A stretch of 64,000 nt of DNA from Octopus sinensis (GCF_006345805.1 NC_042997.1:44578001-44642000); one strand, 5' to 3'; shown: positions 1 through 12,179, counted from the stretch's first letter. Program-made: numbers and translations. The notes: generated by a model from the letters alone, not told the origin.

Positions 1-17
1 ATAAACAGAATAAAGAT

Positions 18-400
18 GGAAGCACTCCGTCGGTTACGACGACGAGGGTTCCGGTCGATCCGACCAACGGAACAGCCTGCTCGTGAAATTAACGTGTAAG
101 TAGCTGAGCACTCCACAGACACGTGTACCCTTAACGTAGTTCTCTGGGATATTCAGCGTGACACAGAGAGTGACAAGGCCAGCCCCTTGAAATACAGGTA
201 CAACAGAAACAGGAAGTAAGAGTGAGAGAAAGTTGTGGTGAAAGAGTACAGCAGGGATCACCACCATCCCTGCCGGAGCCTCGTGGAGCTTTTAGGTGTT
301 TTCGCTCAATAAACACTCACAATGCCCGGTCTGGGAATCGAAACCGCGATCGTATGACTGCGAGTCCGCTGCCCTAACCACTGGGCCATTGCGCCTCCAC
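18..400 (-). mobile_element. tRNA-derived SINE A
   Basis: Head GGAGGCGCAATGGCCCAGTGG (A box)...GGTTTCGATTCC (B box); TSD agaataaagat at 7-17 and 402-412. Confidence 0.9.
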
Positions 401-402
401 TA

Positions 403-2100
403 GAATAAAGATAGAAATAAGGTGACAGTATTCTTCTTAGGTCAGGTTTTGGTGAAGTGGAGGAGGCAGGTATTTATGTCTTGATTAAATAGGTTAGGTG
501 TGGTCAGTGGTCAGTCAGGAGAGCTAAATAGACTAAAAGTAGATGTCCAGCTTAAGGGGGTATATACAGGATAAAACTACAATTAAATGGAGAAAGAACA
601 CAAATTAAAGAATTTAAATTTAAGGAATGAAGCAATCTGGCTTCTAAAATATTTATGTTGATAGAGAAGAAAAAGAAAGGAAAGGAAAAGCACACGTATA
701 TTGTAATGACTGTGGAAGCATTTAGGTGTTATGTGTGTTTATTTTGCTTGCATTTGGATCTGTGGAAGAATCTCAAGGTGTGAAGGAACTTATGCTTACC
801 TGTAGAAAATGCTTCGTGTTGTTTATTGAATAATTGCAGAGAATTATGAATTAATATTTGGAGGGCTCCTTTCAGGCAGAGTCCACATGTAGAGGCACTG
901 GCCTTGGAATGGGATGCCAGAGTCTATTATGGTCCAGCATATCCCTATACAGTACTTTTCTATTTATCAGGTGGTTGGCTAGGGACTTGGATTTGCTATG
1001 TTCTTCATATTTAAATGAGTTTAGATGTGCAGAATATCTCTGTTCAAAACTAGTTGTAGACCCGATGTAGTCAGGTAATACAATTATGTAATATGTTGTG
1101 GGCAATGCATTGGTACACTACGTTAAACCTTTTGCAGTGGGTTTGCAGCAGGCATTCGGTCCCGGATCGGCAGTTGCAGCTATCTGTCCTATGTAAGTTA
1201 GTTGTAGAGAGGGAAGATGTACTATTTATGGACAAATTAAAGTTAAGGGTGGTATTAGGGGATTGGCTCATATCCTTATTATTACTATTATTATTATTAT
1301 TAGTAGTAGCCGTAGTAGTAGTAGTAGTAGTAGTACTGGTCATATTAGAGTTATTAGCGTTAGTAGTAGCAGTAGTGCTATTAGTATTAACATTCTTTTT
1401 AGCTGTACTCTGACCTTACTCAGAAGTGGGGATGTTCACATCCTGGTGGTGTTATGGCTGCAGTTTATGTTATCATGTGCAGCATTTAGTGTTTTCACTA
1501 TGTTATCATTATATATATTTAGGTAGTAGGAATTAAATTTACACTTATTGGTTGAAGTAACAATAGATTCTATATTGGGTGGAGAGGAGTAGGATATTTT
1601 CAGAGTAGATCTGTTGAAAATCAAATGGTACTTATGGCTACGTGGGATGTTAAAGTCTATGATATGAAAAAATAGTTTTGGCTAAGCCAAAATTTTAAAT
1701 TTTAATTCTTCAATTTGTATCTTTTATCCATTTAATTGTAGTTTTATCCTACATATACCCCCTTAAGCTAGGCATCTATTTCTAGCTGTTGCCACTGACT
1801 TCATCTAACCTATTTAATCAATGGACATAATTACTTTCCTCCTCCACCCTACCAAAACCTTTTACGCTTGACCCCCCCCCTATCTACTTTTACTCTTTAT
1901 TCTTTTATTTTATTCCTTATAAACTGTGAATTTCCCTGTCTAGAACTTTCATACAGACTCACTTTATCTCTGATGACGGAATACCCAGTGTCTATAGACA
2001 CGCTAGCCTATCACTTGGGATATCCCAGAAACAGCTGTAAGAGTTCAAATTAACCTTACCCTAATTAAATTATTATAAATGACTTGATATACTCAGGTTT
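403..2100 (-). mobile_element. Penelope-like element PLE1 (Naiad-type), 5'-truncated, with inverted pLTR
   Basis: Minus-strand frameshifted ORF ~1690 to 730: IPRSHKYHLIFNRSTLKISYSSPPNIESIV...SCNCRSGTECLLQTHCKRFNVVYQC...YIGSTTSFEQRYSAHLNSF...TCGLCLK...LFNK (RT C-terminus plus GIY-YIG with CxCx5Cx5C and CxxC). 443-622 and ~1690-1860 are inverted copies. The left pLTR continues past SINE A to the window start. Confidence 0.8.
1967..2043 (+). ncRNA. Type I hammerhead ribozyme motif in PLE1 pLTR
   Basis: CTGATGA 1970-1976; long stem II (ggaatacccag/cttgggatatcc, closing pair imperfect); GAAA 2028-2031; palindromic stem III ACAGCTGT; GTA triplet 2037-2039; stem I tct/aga. Confidence 0.7.
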
Positions 2101-2257
2101 TTGATGTCCTTTTCCGCTAATATTTACTTGCTAACATGGAAGCCTAATATGGGTCCCTAGCTCCAGCCTCAGCTGTGAACTTAGAACTTAATGAATGACC
2201 ATTTATAGCACTTACTCAGCGTACCCATTTGTTTAGACCACCAGTATACTAAAACCC

Positions 2258-2560
2258 TCATCATCATCATTTAACGTCCGTTTTCCGCGCTAGCACAGGT
2301 AGGATGGTTCGACCGGGGATCTGGGAAGCCAGGAGGCTGCACCAGGCTCCAGTCTGATCTGGCAGAGTTTCTACAGCTGGATGCCCTTCCTAACGCCAAC
2401 CGCTCCGCGAGTGTAGTGGGTGCTTTTTACACGCCACCTGCACAGGTGCCAGGGGGGTCTGGCATCGGCCCCGATCGTTTGGAACTTTTAACGTGCCACC
2501 GGCACGGAAGCCAGCCAAGGCGGTGCTGGCAACGGCCACGTTCGGATGGTGCATAAAAAA
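2258..2560 (-). mobile_element. Element C (RTE-type 3' end with (GAT)n tail and ~60-bp repeats)
   Basis: ggttggcgttaggaagggcatccagctgtagaaac motif; ...gttaaacgatgatgat tail. Confidence 0.8.
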
Positions 2561-2797
2561 GCACCATCATATCCTCTATATATGTCTACATATCACAAAA
2601 TACCTGTTACAGTTTTGGGCCTCCCGGGGTCATGGCTGGAATCCACATTTCGACTATGTTCCTGCACAAGCTTTCCCTTATGTTTTAACTTCCATTAATT
2701 TTATGCGTATAAATGTCTAAATATATATATATGTATTATGTTATGTGTATGCATGTAAGCACCTGTGTGTACGAGGATGAGGTTGCATACACACATA

Positions 2798-2829
<32 letters not shown>

Positions 2830-3110
2830 GGCCGATGCCAGCACCGCCTCGACTGGCTTCCGTGCCGGTGGCACATAAAATACACCAATCTGACCGTGGC
2901 CGTTGCCAGCCCCGCCTGGCACCTGTGCAGGTGGCACGTAAAAAGCACCCACTACACTCACGGAGTGGTTGGCGTTAGGAAGGGCATCCAGCTGTAGAAA
3001 CATTGCCAGATAAGACCGGAGCCTGGTGCAGCCTTCTGGCTTCCCAGAACCCCGGTCGAACCGTCCAACCCATGCTAGCATGGAGAATGGACGTTAAACG
3101 ACGACGATGA

Positions 3111-3114
<4 letters not shown>
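2830..3114 (+). mobile_element. Element C
   Basis: As above; (TA)n on both sides. Confidence 0.8.
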
Positions 3115-3143
<29 letters not shown>

Positions 3144-3145
<2 letters not shown>

Positions 3146-3314
3146 TGCAGGAGTGGCTGTGTGGTAAGTAGCTTGCTAACCAACCACATGGTTCCGGGTT
3201 CAATCCCACTGCGTGGCATCTTGGGCAAGTATCTTCTGCTATAGCCCCAGGCCGACCAATGCCTTGTGAGTGGATTTGGTAGACGGAAACTGAAAGAAGC
3301 CTGTCGTATATATG

Positions 3315-3345
<31 letters not shown>

Positions 3346-3556
3346 TTGTGTGTCTGTGTTTGTTTCCCTAGCATTGCTTGACAACCGATGCTGGTGTGTT
3401 TACATCCCCGTCACTTAGCGGTTCGGCAAAAAGAGACCGATAGAATAAGTACTGGGCTTACAAAAAGAATAAGTACTGGGGTCAAGTTGCTCGACTAAAG
3501 GCGGTGCTCCAGCATGGCCGCAGTCAAATGACTGAAACAAGTAAAAGGGTAAAGAG
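3144..3556 (+). mobile_element. tRNA-derived SINE B
   Basis: Head GGCGCAGGAGTGGCTGTGTGG...GGTTC(A/C)(A/G)TCCC; internal (TA)n(TG)n; tail ccagcatggccgcagtcaaatgactgaaacaa(gtaaaaga)n. Confidence 0.85.
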
Positions 3557-3766
3557 TATACATGTGTGCAAGTGTGTGTGGATATGTGTGTATGTGCATA
3601 TGTTTGTGTGAGTGTATACATATGTAGATGTTGCAAATGCAAGAGGTTTTATGTCTATGTTTTGTGAGAATATAGTTGTGTGTATTTTTTATATCTTCTC
3701 CACCTATTAGAGTTACTTCCCTTCTATTCAATGGTTTTTTTTTTTTCATAGTGTTTGTTGCCATTA

Positions 3767-3823
3767 ATAGCTGACGAATGTATTGTGGCTCTTCACTCCG
3801 ACATTCGAAACTCAGAGTACTAT
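3767..3823 (+). ncRNA. Hammerhead ribozyme motif in a solo pLTR-like segment (~3620-3930)
   Basis: atag-CTGACGA(3771-3777)-atgt...acattc-GAAA(3807-3810)-ctc a gag-TA-ctat. Stems I and III pair; stem II closure is imperfect. Confidence 0.65.
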
Positions 3824-3934
3824 AATGACAACCTATTACTGTTTGTTCTAAATTATAACATATTTTAAATAATCCTCTATTTCTCTAATATTGAGGTCTC
3901 ATTCTTTTGTTGTTACTTTTATATATATATATAA

Positions 3935-4499
3935 TCAAATCAAATCAAAATCGATGAACATCAATGGAATTTGTAGTTTTGTGGTACCAGTGCCGGTGGC
4001 ACATAAGAAAACCATCCGAACGTGGCCGTAGCCAGCACCGCATCGACTGGCCTCCGTGCTGGTGGCACATAACAGACACCATCCGATCGTGGCCGTGCCA
4101 GCCTCACCTGGCCTCCGTGCCGGTGGCATGTAAAAAACACCATCCAAGTGTGGCTGTTCGCCAGCTTCGTCTGGCACCTGTGTCCGTGGCACATAAAAAA
4201 ACACCATCTGAGCGTAGCTGTTCACCAGCCTCGTCTGGCACCTGTGTCGGTGGCACATAAAAATCACCATCCGAGCGTGGCCGTTCGCCAGCTTCGTCTG
4301 GCACCTGTGCGGGTAGCACATAAAAAGCACCCACTACACTCACAGAGTGGTTGGCATTAGGAAGGGCATCCAGCTGTAGAAACACTGCCAGATCTGACTG
4401 GCCTGGTGCAGCCTTCGGGCTTCCCAGACCCCAGTTGAACCGTCCAACCCATGCTAGCATGGAAAGCGGACGTTAAACGATGATGATGATGATGATGAT
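3935..4499 (+). mobile_element. Element C, longest 5' extent, ~6 repeat units
   Basis: Unique 5' segment (aatcgatgaacatcaatggaat...) precedes the array. Confidence 0.8.
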
Positions 4500-5493
4500 A
4501 TATATATATATATATATATATACATACATGCACACACACACACACACATTCATTTATATATGTATATGTGTGTTACTGTCTTGACATCATGTGATATTTG
4601 AAAATGAATCACTGATATACAAGCAGTGTCCTTCATTTCAAGGGAAATATTACTTCACTCGGAAACAGGTGGGGTTTAGTCATAGTGGGGACATCTAGTC
4701 ATAGAAAATCTGTCTCAACAAATTCTGTCCGACCCGTATGAGCATGGAAAAGTGGACATTAAAATGATGACCTTCTCTTTACGACCAGTTTCACTGTATT
4801 TATCATTATACATAAAAACTTCAGACTTCACTTAAATGTTGTGAAATCATTATCATTTTTTTTTATGGTAAAGTTCATTGAAACTGGTTATGCTTTACTT
4901 TATAATGATGAAACTGCATCTGCTGTATAGCTGAATTAGTCTACTATAGCCTGGTCCTATCTTTGGCCAACATCCAAAGGCTTGTTTATTAGTTAGCAAT
5001 GGTGATAAACATCTTCACACGTAATTCCTGAATCATTGTTTTTTTGTATCATTTTCGTATAATGTCATTTTCTATTGTTTTTTTTTTTATCTCGAAGAAC
5101 CAACCTTTTTTTTTCTATTTTGGTAGAAATGTATTCATTGTTTAATGCAAAGCAAATGATGACATTTTGATTCTAGCTAAAGTTTAGTATACTTTATTGA
5201 ATTTATGAAAAAGGATGTGCCCCTCTCTTATCAGTCATATTAGCACTGTTGCTTTACATACCTTTAATTATGTATATATTTTTCTCTCTTTTTTGGAAGA
5301 AGAAATTCTGTACAAAACCAGGTCTTCTCTATTCAAGCCCACCATTTGTCTTTTGGTAGACATCTTGGTTCAATGTGCCATTCAAGATGTTTTTTTTCTT
5401 TTTTAAGATGGTAGGGTATAACTCAATATTTGACTACTATTTCTAGCAATTTAAAAACCTGTGCAGAGGGTCCAAGTCAAAACAATGAGGAAG

Positions 5494-5860
5494 CCTACCA
5501 ACCACATGGTTCTGGGTTCAGTCCCATTGTGTGGTACTTTGGGCAAGTGTCTTCTACTATAGCCTCGGGCCGACCAAAGCCTTGTGAGTAGATTTGGTAG
5601 ACGGAAACTGAAAGAAGCCCATCATATATATATGTATACGTGTGTTTGTGTGTCTGTGTTTGTTCCCCCACCATTGCTTGACAACTGATGCTGGTGTATT
5701 TACGTCCCCCGTAACTTCTTAGCAGTTCAGAAAAAAGAGACTGATATATTAAGTACTAGGCGTACAAAGAATAAGTCCTGGGGTCGATTTGCTCGACCAT
5801 AGGCAGTGCTCCAGCATGGCCGCAGTCAAATGACTGAAACAAGTAAAAGAGTAAAAGAAT
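5494..5860 (+). mobile_element. SINE B, 5'-truncated
   Basis: Matches family B. Confidence 0.85.
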
Positions 5861-5928
5861 ACCGTATTGAATACTATATGATGAGATTCAAAACTTCATT
5901 CTGTACTTAACATTGAACAATAAATAGC

Positions 5929-5971
<43 letters not shown>

Positions 5972-6340
5972 GCAGGTGATGCAAAAATGCCATGTAAAGT
6001 GTATGATAGAAAAATTCTGTGTCGATGAAATGTTGAAAGTAAGTTATGCATAGAGGAACAGAAATGTTTATCATTCTGTCTGAAATGCTGTGATATTTCT
6101 TTTCTTGTGCTAGTGCCATTGGATAAGCACCAGTGCTGGTGCCACTTAAAAAGTGCCTATGCTGGTGCCATGTAAGAGTGACAGTAAAAGCACCCATGCT
6201 GGTGCCATGTTAAAAGCACCCAGTACACTCTGTAAAGCGGGTGGCATTAGGAAAGGGATCCAGCTGTAGAAACCATGCCAAAGCAGATGAAATGGAGCCT
6301 GGGCAGTTCTCCATCTGGCCAGCTCCTGTCAAGCCACTTG

Positions 6341-6725
6341 GGAAGCACTCTGTTGGTTATGACGACGAGGGTTCCGGTTGATCCGAATCAACGGAACAGC
6401 CTGCTCGTGAAATTAACGTGTAAGTGGCTGAGCACTCCACAGACACGTGTACCCTTAACGTAGTTCTTGAGGATATTCAGCGTGACACAGAGAGTGACAA
6501 GGCCGGCCCTTTGAAATACAGGTACAACAGAAACAGGAAGTAAGAGTGAGAGAAAGTGGTGGTGAAAGAGTACAGCAGGGATCACCACCATCCCCTGCCA
6601 GAGCCTCGTGGAGCTTTTAGGTGTTTTCGCTCAATAAACACTCTCAAAGCCCGGTCTGGGAATCGAAACTGCGATCCTATGACCGCGAGTCCGCTGCCCT
6701 AACCACTGGGCCATTGTGCCTCCAC
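6341..6725 (-). mobile_element. SINE A nested in an old C-type element (~6125-6775)
   Basis: TSD tcaagccactt. Confidence 0.9.
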
Positions 6726-6910
6726 TAATCAAGCCACTTAACCCATGCCAGTATGTAGAACAGATGTTGATAATCTTTCACTTATTCTTGTTCAAGGAAA
6801 CAAACATGTTTCAAGTTTGATCCTTAATGCTATTCTGATTTCTTGAATTTGTGTTGAATCTAGATTTTGTGTTGGTATATTCCTTCATCAAGTTATTATT
6901 TATATCTTAA

Positions 6911-7126
6911 CCCTTTCGTTACTGGATTTATTTTGAGATGCTCTGTGTTTCTTTCAATTAATCTTAAATATGACAAAGAATTTAATAAAATAACTTAGTT
7001 ATCATTCAGCAAGTGTTAGGAACATAAATTGTGACTAAGGTTTGGTGGAAGATTTTAATTCAAAACTTATGAAAACAAGACATTTGTACTACAGAGTCAG
7101 TTTCAGCCAGGTTGGTAACGAAAGGG
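6911..7126 (+). mobile_element. piggyBac-type MITE E
   Basis: TIR CCCTTTCGTTAC; TTAA/CTAA flanks. Confidence 0.85.
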
Positions 7127-7416
7127 CTAAAGGGTTTTGTCAATAAAATTGGTTCCATTTCTTAAATCTGGTACTTCTTCTATTTGCCCCACATTTTACT
7201 GAACTATCCCAGTCAGTGTATTATATGTACTTCACTGTGATGTGGACTGATTGCTGTGATTTTCCTTTCTCATTTTAACCCTTTTTGTTACCATACTTCT
7301 GCTGAAATATATGACCTTTCTTTCAGTTAATTTTCAAAATAAAGAAAAATTTGATAAAACTGGTATTTGGGATATAAGTTAACTTGGTTGGAAGGTTTTA
7401 GTTTTGATTTCTTTAA

Positions 7417-7638
7417 CCCTTTCGTTACCAACCCGGCCAAAACCGACTCTGGCTCAGTAGTACAAATGTCTTGTTTTCATAAGTTTTGAATTAAAATCTT
7501 CCACCAAACCTTAGTCACAATTTATGTTCCTAACACTAGCTTAACGATAACCAAGTTATTTTACTGAATTCTTTGTTATATTTAAAATTAATTGAAAGAA
7601 ACACAGAGCATCTCAAAATAAATACAGTAACGAAAGGG
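7417..7638 (-). mobile_element. piggyBac-type MITE E, nested in an older related MITE starting ~7279
   Basis: TIRs and perfect TTAA TSD; opposite orientation to 6911-7126. Confidence 0.85.
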
Positions 7639-7859
7639 TTAAAACCTGAAGTTAGCGGGTAGCTATCAATTCCGATAAAGCAAGGATTTTCTCTTATTTT
7701 GCTTCTTTTCATCTATTACTACCAGCTCTGTCTTCATTCTTAATATTGGTCATGATGTTTTTCCTTACCTTACTTATGTTGTATGTGTTATATGTGTGTG
7801 TGCATGTGTCTTTTTTTTTTTTTTACCTTGTACATTTTTGTACTGAGGTATATCTTTAA

Positions 7860-8080
7860 CCCTTTAGTGTTCACATTATTCTGCCAAAACTAATCCTTTT
7901 TCATCCACATTGTTTTGAACTAATCATGCATTCTCTTGTAGCTATGAGATTTTGATGAGGTAGCTGTTAATTTTTGAAACGATATTGTAGGGTTGGTGTG
8001 AGAGACCAGATCTGGCCAGTTTGAACATAAAACAGGCAGAATACTTTTGGCCGGATATGGCCAGTTTAAATGCTAAAGAG
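7860..8080 (+). mobile_element. piggyBac-type MITE F (partial relatives at 28620-28812 and ~55706-55900)
   Basis: TTAA-CCCTTTAG...CTAAAGAG-TTAA; shared internal ggatctggccagtttgaacata motif. Confidence 0.7.
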
Positions 8081-8388
8081 TTAAGGGTGTTCTTCGGTGA
8101 AATAGGAGGATGGAACTTCTGACATGCTAACTAATTTCAATATCTCTTGGCGATCCCTAGAGTTGTTTCTTATTGCTGAAGTCATTCACATTTATAGGAT
8201 CCCAGGACTGCAAGCTAACAAAGCACTTGTCAATTATGCAGTGTTCCCACTTTATACAGTGATAAGCTGTACTTACTATGATATCTATCCATTTTCTGCT
8301 TAGGTGGACAAGGCCATCGGAATTTATGATCCAGTTCATTTTTGCTATAAAATCAACTTAAGAAATGATTATAAGAATCCTATACATA

Positions 8389-8788
8389 GGCGCAGGAGTG
8401 GCTGTGTGGTCAGTAGCTTGCTAACCAACCTCATGGCATCTTGGGCAAGTGTCTTCTGCTATAGCCCGGGCCGACCATAGCCTTTTGAGTGGATTTGGTA
8501 GACGGAAACTGAAAGAAGCCTGTCGTATATATGTATATATATATATATTTATGTATGTGTGTGTGTGATTGTGTGTCTGTGTTAGTCCCCTAGCATTGCT
8601 TGACAACCGATGCTGGTGTGTTTATGTCCCCGTCACTTAGCGGTTCAGCAAAAGAGACCGATAGAATAAGTACTGGGCTTACAAAGAATAAGTCGCGGGT
8701 CCGAGTTGCTCGACTGAAGGCGGTGTTCCAGCATGGCCGCAGTCAAATGACTGAAACAAGTAAAAGAGTAAAAAGAGTAAAAGAGTAA
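8389..8788 (+). mobile_element. SINE B
   Basis: Matches family B; small deletion in the head. Confidence 0.85.
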
Positions 8789-9316
8789 ATGCATGTTTTG
8801 ATGAATTGTGTTAACAATAGTTGTCAGAAACTGACATTTATCTGTCCTAAGCAAGCTGCAAGTCTTGATAGTTTTTTTCAGTTTGAATTGGAATGATAAA
8901 CATGATTTGGAGTTATTTTAGTCACATGTAGTAGCTACTATTAGTAGCATATCTCATTCTTTCCAAGTCTATATAGCTGCTGAAAGAAGCCATACGTTAT
9001 TGGTATTTAAAACAAAGCAAAATGGTGAAAAGATTACTCTATGCCAGCCATTCCAACAGCTGCATGATGTATTCCTGTGGATTTGAGGTTTCATGTCTAG
9101 CAATTAATTTACATGGTGGTTTTGATTCTTCACCACCTCCACCATCACCGGTATTGTCACCCCCTCCCCATGGCGATCACCCCCTGTCACCACCTCATTC
9201 GTCTTCACTGTTACAGAAACCACAACTTATACATTATCATTATGAAGTGGCTAAAGCAGTAAGACTATTAGATTAAATATGTTATCAGAATTTAGTTCCA
9301 TCCACTTACATTATAT

Positions 9317-9720
9317 ACTCTTTACTCTTTTACTTGTTTCAGTCATTTGACTGTGGCCATGCTGGAGCACCGCCTTTAGTCGAACAAATCGACCCCAGGA
9401 CTCGTTCTTTGTAAGCCCAGTACTTATTATATCGGTCTCCTTTGCCGAACCGCTAAGTGACGGGGACGTAAACACACCAGCATCAGTTGTCAAGCGATGT
9501 TGGGGGGACAAACACAGACACACAAACACACACATATATACATATATATATATACATATATACGACGGGCTTCTTTCAGTTTCCGTCTACCAAATCCACT
9601 CACAAGGCTTTGGTCAGCCCAAGGCTATAGCAGAAGACACTTGCCCAAGGTGCCACGCAGTGGGACTGAACCCGGAACCATGTGGTTCGTAAGCAAGCTA
9701 CTTACCACACAGCTACACCT
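9317..9720 (-). mobile_element. SINE B
   Basis: Reverse complement of family B. Confidence 0.85.
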
Positions 9721-10551
9721 ATGCCTATGTTGTAATTCTTTGTTTTCCCTTCATTACAGAGTGAATAACAGCAGTACTAGTAATATACTTGGGTTTATTC
9801 GATTAATTTTACTCTCTTGCTCCAGAAAAAAATTGGCCTTGGGCTTAGTCAAAAGAAATCAATATCATTTATTGACCTTGTGTTTATGTGTAGGAGAAAA
9901 AGTAGGACAGAATTAAATGCATTATTACGGTATTTAGTTTTGTCTCTTTCAGTTCTTAGCTATCTTATCTCACTGGGGTTGGTGAAATAAAAATAATATC
10001 TGAAGTAACTTAGGATGATTGCAACTAATTATAATCACCCCCTTTGCATGCAAAATTTGGTTTTGTTTTGTACTAAAGAAAAAAAAAAATGTAGAGAAAT
10101 ACAGTAGCATTATATCACCATTATTATATTATTTTCCATCATTGCAAAGTAACATAGTTATTTCTTCTTTCTATTTCCAGGTAAGGAACATTTCTTGTCA
10201 CTGATCTATGATGTCTAATTCAGTGAAGCAGGTAATTAAAGTTTACTTTGATTTCATGTCCTTCAAAATATTCAGAACTTTTTCAGTTTGTTTTTTTGTT
10301 TGCTTATATATTAAAGAAACAAAACAAAACAAAAAAACCTTCAATATCTGAATATTTTGGCAATTGTGAACCTTATGTGGTAGATAACCTGCTTGGACCA
10401 CTTATCTCTTACTCGCTAGGTGATCATGTTACTAATTATACAACATTGTATTTATGTTTTGTTCTCTCTCTAATTAAGTGTAAATGTCTGCTTTAATATT
10501 TTGATATTAAGGCAGATATTGTACACACACTTCATATTCAGACATTAAGGA

Positions 10552-10934
10552 GGAAGCACTCCGTCGGTTACGACGACGAGGGTTCCGGTTGATCCGAATC
10601 AACGGAACAGCCTGCTCGTGAAATTAACGTGCAAGTGGCTGAGCACTCCACAGACACGTGCACCCTTAACATAGTTCTCGGGGATAATCAGCGTGACACA
10701 GAGAGTGACAAGGCCGGCCCCTTGAAATACAGGTACAGCAGAAACAGGAAGTAAGAGTGAGAGGAAGTGGTGGTGAAAGAGTACAGCAGGGATCACCACC
10801 ATCCCCTGCCGGAGCCTCGTGGAGCTTTTAGGTGTTTTCGCTCAATAAACACTCACAATGCCCGGTCTGGGAATCGAAACCGCGATCCTACGACCGCGAG
10901 TCCGCTGCCCTAACCACTGGGCCATTTCGCTTCC
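10552..10934 (-). mobile_element. SINE A
   Basis: TSD catattcagacat. Confidence 0.9.
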
Positions 10935-11593
10935 ATATTCAGACATAGCTGTGTGATTAAGAAGTTTAATTTGCGACCACATGGTTTGGGATTCAATCTC
11001 ACTGCACAGCATCCTTGATGCATACTGTTATAGCCCTGTACTGGTCAATGTCTTATGGAATTTAGTAGATGGAAAACTGCAGGAAGCCCATTCAGTATAT
11101 AATATTCATATTCCATGCTTGCCACTTCTTGAGTGCCGTAGGGGTAATGTCAACATTCCTTGTTGACATTATGACCAGTTGCTTTACAATTTTTGGAGAC
11201 CTCTGGAATGAAAAGAAATCTCTTCAAAACAGGTGAGTGTTGGTGATGGGAAGGGTGTCTGTTCACAAAATCCAGGCCTCAATAACTTCCTGTCCAAACC
11301 CAGGATAATACTGGAAAAACATAAATGAATTCAAGCTCTGCAGGACCTCAACTGCTTCCCTGATAATTTGTTAGCTAAGTTCAGTTTTATCCAGTCAAGA
11401 TCTAATATATCTTGATACCATGCCTTGGTTTGATGTATTTATGAGGACTAACCCCACCCAAGAATATATTTGGTGTAATCAGTCATGTAGAATCCCTGCT
11501 AGTGATAGATATGAGTTCCACCAATACAGTTTCCTTTTTCATCTGGCTGTTTATACAAGGATATGTTTGATATCATTTAAATTAAAATTTGGG

Positions 11594-12003
11594 CTTCTTC
11601 CAGTTTCTGTCTACCAAATCCACACACAAGGCTTTGGTTGGGCCAAGGCCATGGAAGATATCACTTACCCAAGGTGCCATACTGGGTTTTAGTCCTACTG
11701 CGTGGCACCTTAGCCTTAGGCAGATCAAAGCCTTGTGGGTGGATTTGGTAGATATGAAAACTGGAAGAAGCCTGTCGCGTGTATCCCTGAGTTTGTCTTC
11801 CACCACTGCTTGACAACTGGCGATAATGTGTTTACATCCCTCTAACTTAACAGTTCGGCAAAAGGCACTGATAGAATGAGTACCAGGCTTAGCAAGAAAA
11901 AAAAGTAAATAAATAAGTACTGGGGTTTTAATTGACCAAAAATTCTTCAAGGGCAGTGCCCCATCATGGCCACAGTCTAATGACTGAAACAAGTAAAAGA
12001 TAA
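11594..12003 (+). mobile_element. Diverged SINE B with inverted 5' piece
   Basis: 11594-11690 is minus-strand B; 11690-12003 is plus-strand B. Confidence 0.65.
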
Positions 12004-12053
12004 TAGGATTATGATGTATAATGTTTCTGTATTGTTCAGTGTATATGTGAGGA

Positions 12054-12054
<1 letters not shown>

Positions 12055-12131
<77 letters not shown>
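12055..12131. repeat. (ATCT)n(TA)n compound microsatellite
   Basis: Direct reading. Confidence 0.95.
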
Positions 12132-12140
<9 letters not shown>

Positions 12141-12179
12141 TTCCTCTGTCTTCCCTTCTTGGGATCTTTCCATCTCCTT

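Noticed and set aside
34-267. Recurrent ~67-aa ORF MVVIPAVLFHH in six SINE A copies
   Set aside because: Explained by young, similar SINE copies; the copy at 31661 lacks it and no domain is recognisable.
325-400. tRNA-like sequences at SINE heads
   Set aside because: A/B boxes run straight into SINE bodies with TSDs; not stand-alone tRNA genes.
730-1200. Selenocysteine (in-frame TGA) at PLE Cys motifs
   Set aside because: The visible Cys positions in PLE1 and the PLE2 CxxC use TGT/TGC; no support here.
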